Source: Parasporobacterium sp. (lineage in GTDB: Bacteria; Bacillota; Clostridia; Lachnospirales; Lachnospiraceae). Taken from it: a stretch of DNA of 51,469 nucleotides. The position numbers were made by a program, and so were the translations under genes. The stretch covers positions 1 to 51,469 of the forward strand of contig JAFWFQ010000031.1 in the NCBI GenBank assembly GCA_017515535.1. Reading direction: 5' to 3'. Positions 18,990-25,575 of this stretch are shown here, in pieces (within the stretch, counting starts at the first letter, position 1; each line of letters starts with the position of its first letter). The notes below the pieces were generated by a model, which did no database searches, was not told the DNA's origin, and saw nothing but the letters and a program-made list of their open reading frames with translations.

Positions 18990-20396
18990 ATGAATAACAA
19001 CAATGGAAATATAAATCCAAATATGCAGCCGGGGAATACCCCGAATAATAATTCGAATTATAACGCAAACTATAACCCTAATTATAATCAGAACTATAGC
19101 CAGAACTATAATCAGAATTACAATTATGGTTATAACTACAACCAAAACTATGACCCGAACAATAACCCGAATGTTCCGCCCCAGGGAAGCCGGAACGGAA
19201 GTCCAAAGAAACCGAAAAGCCGGTTTGGAATCGGAATCCTTGTCGGAGTTCTGATCACGATAGCGGCCCTGTTAGTTGCAGCGGTATTAGGGGTCTTTGT
19301 GTTCTTTAACGGAATGAAGAAGGGGACTACGGATCTGAATTATCAGGAAAAACTGGATACGATCCAGAGTTATCTTGATATGTATTTCCTTTGGGACATT
19401 GATGAAGAAGCGATGGAAGATTCACTTGCAGAGGGACTTCTTGCCGGAACCGGGGATAAATACGCTCAGTATTATTCGAAAAAAGAATTCGATAATCTGA
19501 TGGAAGAGATCAGCGGAAGCTATGGAGGGATCGGAGTCAGCATTATTGAGAACGATGACGGAATGATCGAGGTCGTTCAGGTCTTTGAGGGATCGCCGGC
19601 AGAGGCAGCCGGAATCCAGGCGAAGGATATTATTATTGAGGCGGACGGAATCACGGAAATCAGAGACGTTGATCATCTTGTCGAACTGGTTCGGGGAGAA
19701 CCCGGAACGACGGTTGATCTTGTAGTCAAAAGAGACGATAAAGAAATCCCGGTTACCGTTGAGCGCCAGATCATTGAAATGGAACTGATCACTTATGAAA
19801 TGCTGGAGGACCATATCGGATATATCCGGCTTTCGGAATTTGAAACGATCGCAATAGAGCAGTTTAATCAGGCACTGGATGATCTTGAATCCCAGGGGAT
19901 GACTTCCCTGATCATCGATATCCGGGATAATCCGGGTGGAGATTATGATACCGTTATCGCGCTGGCAGACCGTGTTCTTCCGGAAGGAAAGATCACAACT
20001 GTAATTGATAAGAACGGAACAAGTTCTGTTGAGACCTCGGATGAGGAGCACCAGATCAATATCCCGATGGTCGTATTGATCAATGGGAACAGTGCAAGTG
20101 CATCCGAACTCTTCAGCGGAGCGATCAAGGACTACGGAATTGCCACGATGATTGGAGAAACAACGTTCGGAAAAGGAATCATCCAGAGTATTTACCGTCT
20201 TCCGGACGGCTCAGGAATGAAATTTACAACACAGGAATATCTGACCCCGAACGGCAACCATATTCACGAGATCGGTGTTTCCCCGGATATTGAAGTAGCG
20301 ATTCCGGAGGAAGCTTATGAGGATGGAGTTGTTACCAGAGAAGAAGATGTCCAGCTTCAGACAGCAATCGACTTTTTAAAGGACAAAACGAAGTAA
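18990..20396 (+). CDS. S41 family C-terminal processing peptidase with Asn/Tyr-rich N-terminal tail
   Basis: Track ORF opens at 18954 inside ftsX; the in-frame ATG is at 18990 (MNNNNGN). Has a TM, a PDZ (GGIGVSI...GSPAEAAGI) and an S41 core (IIDIRDNPGG, NGNSASASE, TFGKG). Confidence 0.85.
   Translation: MNNNNGNINPNMQPGNTPNNNSNYNANYNPNYNQNYSQNYNQNYNYGYNYNQNYDPNNNPNVPPQGSRNGSPKKPKSRFGIGILVGVLITIAALLVAAVLGVFVFFNGMKKGTTDLNYQEKLDTIQSYLDMYFLWDIDEEAMEDSLAEGLLAGTGDKYAQYYSKKEFDNLMEEISGSYGGIGVSIIENDDGMIEVVQVFEGSPAEAAGIQAKDIIIEADGITEIRDVDHLVELVRGEPGTTVDLVVKRDDKEIPVTVERQIIEMELITYEMLEDHIGYIRLSEFETIAIEQFNQALDDLESQGMTSLIIDIRDNPGGDYDTVIALADRVLPEGKITTVIDKNGTSSVETSDEEHQINIPMVVLINGNSASASELFSGAIKDYGIATMIGETTFGKGIIQSIYRLPDGSGMKFTTQEYLTPNGNHIHEIGVSPDIEVAIPEEAYEDGVVTREEDVQLQTAIDFLKDKTK
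18999..19170 (+). repeat. imperfect AAT/TAT/CAG-rich coding repeat (NYNQ-type)
   Basis: Repeated aattataa(c/t)c(a/c)gaactat-like units encode NYNANYNPNYNQNYSQNYNQNYNYGYNYNQNY. Confidence 0.6.
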
Positions 20397-20433
20397 GGAC
20401 AACAAGCGGAAAAGAAAGGAAAAACGATAGTTT

Positions 20434-21681
20434 ATGAAAAAATGGAAACGAATCGTACAGATCCTTCTTGTTGCAGTGATAGGGATCATGCTCGCCTTTC
20501 CGACTTTTGCAGATGATCTTTTTGATGCGAAGCAGAAGCAGAAAGAACTGGAACAGGAACTGTCGGATAGTGAGGCAAAGCTTGAGGAGCTGAAAGAGAA
20601 CGTGGAAAGCGCACAGCAGGCAGTCGATGAGATCGACAGCGAGATTGCTGCCGTTGAAGCGGTGATCAGTGATTATGAGCTCCAGAAAGAAAACCTTGAG
20701 ACTAAGATCGACGAACTCCAGAAACAGATCGATGAGAAACAGGTCGAGATCGAACATGAATACGATATGATGAGCAAACGGATCAAGTTCCTCTATGAGA
20801 ATCTGGGAAATTCGTATGTTGAAGCATTTCTGACCTCCGAGACCTTTTCCGATGCCCTGAATAAAGTCCAGTACCTGATCGAGCTTTCCGATTATGACAG
20901 AAAACAGATGGAGACACTGGAAAAACTTCAGAAAGGGATCGAGAAAGATCAGGCTGAAGTGGAAGAAGAAAAGGAAGGCGTTGAGTCTCTGATCAGTGCC
21001 CAGAATGACCAGAAAGATGTCCTGGACGGGATGCTCGCGGTCAAAGCGGAAGCACTTCAAACCGCGCAGGAGGCACAGGCAATCGCAGAAGAGCAGAACG
21101 CAGCAATCGCACAGATGCTCGAAGAGCAAAAAGAGACCGTTGATCAGCTTGTCGAGGAATATAACGAGCGTCTGAAAGAACAGCTGCGGGCACAGATGCA
21201 GGCGCAGGGCAGCGGTGTTGAACCCGAAGGAGAGATCATCTTTGCGCCGGGTGGTTATATCTGGCCGCTTCCATCCCCTTATTACTCGAACTATATTACT
21301 TCACGGTTTGGCTGGAGAGGCGATCCGTTCGGCGGTGGCTATGCGGACTTCCATGGCGGACTCGATATCGGAGCGCCGTGCAACACCCCGATCATGGCGG
21401 TTGCAGACGGAACTGTTATTATCTCTCAGGACGGCTGGAACGGCGGCTGCGGAAACTATACGGTTATTTACCATGGCGGTGGCGTCTATACCGAATACAT
21501 GCACCAGAATTATCGTGCGGTTTATGTCGGACAGGCTGTTTTGCAGGGTGAAGTCATCGGATATGTCGGAACAACAGGATCTTCGACCGGATACCATCTT
21601 CATATCGGATTTGTAATGTCGGATCATGGTTTCGATACCTCCTGCAGAGTCGATCCGGGACCAATCCTCGGTGCATACTAA
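20434..21681 (+). CDS. coiled-coil M23 (LytM) peptidoglycan endopeptidase, EnvC/PcsB-like partner of FtsEX
   Basis: 415 aa with a signal/anchor and about 230 aa of heptad-like E/Q/K-rich coiled coil. The M23 domain keeps intact metal ligands (HGGLD and YHLH). Confidence 0.85.
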   Translation: MKKWKRIVQILLVAVIGIMLAFPTFADDLFDAKQKQKELEQELSDSEAKLEELKENVESAQQAVDEIDSEIAAVEAVISDYELQKENLETKIDELQKQIDEKQVEIEHEYDMMSKRIKFLYENLGNSYVEAFLTSETFSDALNKVQYLIELSDYDRKQMETLEKLQKGIEKDQAEVEEEKEGVESLISAQNDQKDVLDGMLAVKAEALQTAQEAQAIAEEQNAAIAQMLEEQKETVDQLVEEYNERLKEQLRAQMQAQGSGVEPEGEIIFAPGGYIWPLPSPYYSNYITSRFGWRGDPFGGGYADFHGGLDIGAPCNTPIMAVADGTVIISQDGWNGGCGNYTVIYHGGGVYTEYMHQNYRAVYVGQAVLQGEVIGYVGTTGSSTGYHLHIGFVMSDHGFDTSCRVDPGPILGAY

Positions 21682-21717
21682 AGAGATTTTAAACTCAACT
21701 TAAACAATTGTATTACG

Positions 21718-21753
21718 ACACCTCCTGTATTTTACGGGAGGTGTTATTTTTAT
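21718..21753 (+). terminator. rho-independent terminator
   Basis: ACACCTCCTG (21718-21727) pairs with CGGGAGGTGT (21735-21744) over 10 bp including one G-U, and is followed by TATTTTTAT. Confidence 0.75.
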
Positions 21754-21870
21754 ACTGCTCAGTGAATTATAGTTCAGTATATGGCTGAATTATGATTGTC
21801 TTTACGAAACTTAAAACATCCTATATTCTGTGAATGACTTAAATATACTTCAAACACAATGAAAAGCAAC

Positions 21871-21879
21871 TGTTATTAT
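21871..21879 (+). promoter_or_regulatory. candidate extended -10 element (TGtTATTAT) for the HTH-ligase gene
   Basis: TGTTATTAT at 21871-21879. The best -35-like hexamer, TTCAAA at 21849-21854, has a poor 19-nt spacer. The predicted TSS falls on the ATACTGAACT repeat. Confidence 0.3.
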
Positions 21880-21916
21880 AAGAAATACTGAACTACGGTA
21901 TATGACGGGGGATGTT

Positions 21917-23758
21917 ATGGATTTTGGAGAAAGATTAAAACAATTTCTGGAAGAGAAAAAAATGACGATGAATTCCCTGGCCAATGAAACAGGGATCACG
22001 TACAACATGATCAAAAAGTATTGCAACATGGGTGCGGAACCAACGATTTCCTATGCAGCGAAGATCGCGGATGCGCTTGAGCTCTCCATTGATGAATTAA
22101 TGGGACACGAGGCAAAAACGAAAAAAAGCATGTTCCAGGAAGTATTTGAAGAGGATATGACCTATATCAAAGGATTTATGCGAAATGTACGTCGTTTTGC
22201 GGATCGTACTGCCGTGATCGATCCTCTTGCGGAGACAACGCTGACTTATACAGAGCTGAACCGGGATGTAAACCGGTTTGCGAATGCCCTGTCTGACCAT
22301 GGTGTTGTTTCGAAGGATGTTGTATTGTATCAGCTTCCGAACAGCATGGAATTTCTTCTTTGCTATTTAGCTCCGCAGAAACTCGGCGCCGTCAACAGTC
22401 CTGCAAACTATAACTTCTCCCCCGGAGAGACTGTTGTTTGCTTAAATACAAGCAAGCCGAAAGTATTTGTATATGATGCTGCTTTTAAAGATGCTTCCTT
22501 GAAAGCGTTGGAGATCGCAGAGACAAAACCGGAGATCGTTCTTATGGTTGGAGAAGGGGAACTTCCGGAAGGGCATGTTTCATTTGCAGAATTTATAAAA
22601 GGATATCCGGAAAGTGAACCGCTGACGTCCTATGTTCCGAATATGTATGACGAGGCTATGCGCCTTTATACTTCCGGAACGACCGGAAAGCCTAAGGGAG
22701 TTCCGATGTATCATGCAAATGAAGTCATGAGTGCGCATGATGTTATGATGCATTTCCCGATGAATCCAACCGATCGGACAATGAATACGACGCCCTGGTT
22801 CCACAGAGGCGGAATCCATTCGGGTGGACCTTGTCCGACATTGTATGCCGGCGGCTCCGTAGTCATAATGCGAAACTTCCAAAGCCTTTTGTCACTGAAA
22901 TATGTGGAAAAATATAAGATCACATTCCTGATCGGTGTTCCATCGATCATTAAGATGCTGGTCCGCCATCAGGAAAAGTATAAAGCCGATCTTTCAAGCC
23001 TGAAGGGGATCATTACAATGGGCGCTCCATTTGAGAGAGCAGACTGCCTTAAGGTCCATGAAGTTCTTACTCCGAATCTGTTTAATGGATACGGAACAAC
23101 GGAGACATTCTGGAATACATTCCTTCGACCATATGATCTTCCGGAAATGGCTGGAACAGCAGGAAAATCCTGTACGGATGATGATGTTCGCGTTGTTAAA
23201 TATGTGGAAGGGAAAAAGAGCGAGCCGGATGAACTTGTTGCTATGGATGAAAGCGAGACCGGAGAGGTTATTATCCGGACTCCGAAGTCTTCCTACTGCT
23301 ATTATAATAATCCGGAGGAGGACGCAAACAAGTTCTACAAAGGCTGGATGTATACAGGCGATCTTGCCACATGGGATAAAAACCAATTCATTACAATTTC
23401 CGGACGGAAAGACGATATGATCATTTCGGGTGGTGAAAACATTTACCCTCCGATCATTGAAGAAGCCGTGAATACACATCCGAAAGTTGCGGCATGCGCA
23501 GTTACAGGTGTTCCGGATGCTGTGCGCGGGGAGGCGGTTGTTGCATATGTTGTTCCGGAAGATGATTCCCTGACGATTGGAGACCTTGTTGATCATTGCA
23601 ACGCGTCAGATCTTCTTTCCGGATACAAGAGGCCGCGTTATTACCGGATTGTAAAAGAGCTTCCGATGACGGCAACCGGAAAGCTTCAGCAATACCTTGT
23701 TAAGGAAATGGCCCTTACGGATATGGAAAACGGACTCTTAAAACTTGCGATGAAATAA
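21917..23758 (+). CDS. XRE-family HTH domain fused to an ANL-superfamily acyl-CoA/AMP ligase
   Basis: Track ORF 21902..23758. GGGGGA precedes the ATG at 21917. The N-terminal ~63 aa are Cro/C1-type HTH. The remainder has LYTSGTTGKPKGV, GYGTTE, YTGD, GRKDDMIISGGENIYP and MTATGK. Confidence 0.8.
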   Translation: MDFGERLKQFLEEKKMTMNSLANETGITYNMIKKYCNMGAEPTISYAAKIADALELSIDELMGHEAKTKKSMFQEVFEEDMTYIKGFMRNVRRFADRTAVIDPLAETTLTYTELNRDVNRFANALSDHGVVSKDVVLYQLPNSMEFLLCYLAPQKLGAVNSPANYNFSPGETVVCLNTSKPKVFVYDAAFKDASLKALEIAETKPEIVLMVGEGELPEGHVSFAEFIKGYPESEPLTSYVPNMYDEAMRLYTSGTTGKPKGVPMYHANEVMSAHDVMMHFPMNPTDRTMNTTPWFHRGGIHSGGPCPTLYAGGSVVIMRNFQSLLSLKYVEKYKITFLIGVPSIIKMLVRHQEKYKADLSSLKGIITMGAPFERADCLKVHEVLTPNLFNGYGTTETFWNTFLRPYDLPEMAGTAGKSCTDDDVRVVKYVEGKKSEPDELVAMDESETGEVIIRTPKSSYCYYNNPEEDANKFYKGWMYTGDLATWDKNQFITISGRKDDMIISGGENIYPPIIEEAVNTHPKVAACAVTGVPDAVRGEAVVAYVVPEDDSLTIGDLVDHCNASDLLSGYKRPRYYRIVKELPMTATGKLQQYLVKEMALTDMENGLLKLAMK

Positions 23759-23768
23759 TCAGGCGGTA

Positions 23769-23796
23769 TTGTCGCGCACCGGTTCCATGCTATAAT
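23769..23796 (+). promoter_or_regulatory. candidate promoter for the thioesterase gene (TTGTCG-16-TGcTATAAT)
   Basis: TTGTCG at 23769-23774, a 16-nt spacer and an extended -10 TGCTATAAT at 23788-23796, within the 96-nt gap after the ligase stop. Confidence 0.45.
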
Positions 23797-23854
23797 ATGT
23801 GATATCCGCGGAGGAAAGCTCCGCAGGAAATAGTCATACTTTGAGGAACAAAAG

Positions 23855-24274
23855 ATGGAAAGATATTGCAGACAGGTTTTTTACTATGAAACGGATAAGA
23901 TGTCAATCGTTCACAACGCCAATTACCTTCGGATCTTCGAAGAGGCACGGTTGTTTTTTATGGAACAGGCGGGAATCCCGTATCCGGTGATCGAAGAGGC
24001 GGGGATCCTGATCCCGGTCGTTGATGCTTATGTCCGTTATCATCAGACAATGAAATACGGAGACGAATTTTACGTGGATGTTCAGCTGACCGAATTCAAC
24101 GGAGCAAGAATGAAATATATATATGAGATCCATCGTAAGGGAGATGAGGCGCTGATCGCATCCGGGTTTTCCAGCCATTGTTTTATTGATGAAATAAAGC
24201 GGCTTCCACTCAACGTAAAAAGACGTCTGCCGGAAGCATATGAAAAAATGATTGCTGCATTGTCAGAAGAATAA
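23855..24274 (+). CDS. hotdog-fold acyl-CoA thioesterase (YbgC/4HBT type)
   Basis: 139 aa. VFYYETDKMSIVHNANYLRIFEEAR matches the YbgC-type N-terminal motif with its catalytic Asp. Confidence 0.8.
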   Translation: MERYCRQVFYYETDKMSIVHNANYLRIFEEARLFFMEQAGIPYPVIEEAGILIPVVDAYVRYHQTMKYGDEFYVDVQLTEFNGARMKYIYEIHRKGDEALIASGFSSHCFIDEIKRLPLNVKRRLPEAYEKMIAALSEE

Positions 24275-24294
24275 GGAATCGTGATTGAGACAAT

Positions 24295-24320
24295 AAAAGA
24301 GACCTGAAAAGGTCTCTTTT
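24295..24320. terminator. bidirectional rho-independent terminator
   Basis: AAAAGAGACC tgaaaa GGTCTCTTTT forms a perfect stem with A-run/T-run flanks. It lies between convergent genes ending at 24274 (+) and 24339 (-). Confidence 0.75.
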
Positions 24321-24338
24321 CTACTGTTCTGAAATCCA

Positions 24339-25004
24339 TCAGCAATAATGCGGCCAGGGATCACTGTTCTCATTGCCGGCCCAACCGGTGGAGGAGGAAC
24401 TGTCAAATTGCCACATCCCGTACTGAATGACCGGACCCCAGTTCAATTCGAAAAGTTTCCAGCCATCTTTGCATTTGCGAAGTTTCATGATGTATCTTCC
24501 GATATCCGGCATCGCAGGGCACATCTCTCCGGCATTTCCAAAAGCTTCCCCCATCATAGTCCAACCAAGATCAAGGAAATAAGCAGCAGCAGTATCCTTG
24601 CTAAGAGGAACGATATACGGAGTCGAAAGAGTATGAACCCCTTGTTTTTTTCGCTGAAGTGTCCGCATACGTTCCATCATATCGAATTGGTCTTGAAATC
24701 CTCGATAGCCAGGTACCGGAATCATAACATCGCACAAAAGGTCGTTTGCGTCTTTTTGAAGTGCACGGCTTTCAAATACAGAAGGGTCACAGGTGCGAAT
24801 TGCGTCTGTCCAGAGAGCAGACCGATTCCGGATATCACAGAGATCTTCCGGAGACAAAAGATCTCCGCTTCCTGTAAAAAGTGACTGTCTGAGTTTTCTC
24901 TTTATCATCTCTTTCGCCTGCGGAGGTGTCATCGGATTTGCACTGAGCGCAGCGAGCAAAACCGGCTTAGAAGAACAAACAGGAGATACGTTCTCATTGC
25001 TCAA
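24339..25004 (-). CDS. NTF2/SnoaL-like fold protein (hypothetical); start uncertain
   Basis: 221-codon ORF with a TTG start per the track; alternative ATG codons lie further in (MTPPQ.., MIKRK..). The C-terminal half (HTLSTPYIVPLSKDTAAAYF...GRYIMKLRKCKDGWKLFELNWGPV) resembles SnoaL_4/NTF2-like domains. A terminator lies just downstream. Confidence 0.5.
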   Translation of the reverse strand: MSNENVSPVCSSKPVLLAALSANPMTPPQAKEMIKRKLRQSLFTGSGDLLSPEDLCDIRNRSALWTDAIRTCDPSVFESRALQKDANDLLCDVMIPVPGYRGFQDQFDMMERMRTLQRKKQGVHTLSTPYIVPLSKDTAAAYFLDLGWTMMGEAFGNAGEMCPAMPDIGRYIMKLRKCKDGWKLFELNWGPVIQYGMWQFDSSSSTGWAGNENSDPWPHYC

Positions 25005-25010
25005 AGAAAA

Positions 25011-25497
25011 CGTCCTTTTACTCTTGGGAAACTATTTACACGAAAGGAAACCTGGCAGTTGATGTTTGGCTGGGGGCTTCCATGGTTCGGAATGATGGCT
25101 GTTTGGATGGCTTGATACGAAGATCGGATGTAAAAAATCATCTATTATTTTAGGGTTCGCTTTACTGGTCGGATGTGTTGCAGCTTTTCTCCACCCGGCC
25201 GGGATGTTCTTCGTATGGCTTTGTGCTGTTATGATGGCGCTTGGTCAAGGCGCTATGGCAAACCTTGTTCCGTCTATGATCGCCAGCTGGTTTGGAAGAT
25301 GGGATTTTCCTGCTGCAAGCAGACTTCTGTTCCCACTGGTCAATATCGTAGCAACTGCCGGAATGACGCTGGTTGGAGTTTTCCTCTCTCACAATATTCC
25401 TTTCAGTACATTGTATATAGTAAGTTCAGTGGTTACTGCTATCGGTGTGGTCATTATGTTTACAGTAAAAGAGGAAATGATCGGAAGAAAAGATTGA
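25011..25497 (+). pseudogene. remnant of an MFS transporter (C-terminal portion only, frameshifted)
   Basis: One frame reads ..TLGKLFTRKETWQLMFGWGLPWFGMMAVWMA* (stop at 25113-25115). The frame open from 25093 reads WLFGWLDTKIGCKKSSIILGFALLVGCVAAFLHPAGMFFVW...VIMFTVKEEMIGRKD. There is no N-terminal half or usable start. Confidence 0.55.
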
Positions 25498-25504
25498 GAG
25501 TGTT

Positions 25505-25533
25505 GTGGCTGCCCGGAAGGGCAGCCACTTTTT
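25505..25533 (+). terminator. rho-independent terminator
   Basis: GTGGCTGCCC ggaa GGGCAGCCAC followed by TTTTT. Confidence 0.75.
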
Positions 25534-25575
25534 CTGAATCATTATTGAAAAGAAGAAGAAATGAATATATTATTC

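Noticed and set aside
24348-24884. Plus-strand 178-aa ORF opposite the NTF2-like ORF.
   Set aside because: Its translation is compositionally implausible, with no hydrophobic core pattern or motifs. It would run into the bidirectional terminator region from the wrong side. The minus-strand ORF has a domain-like pattern and a terminator placed correctly.
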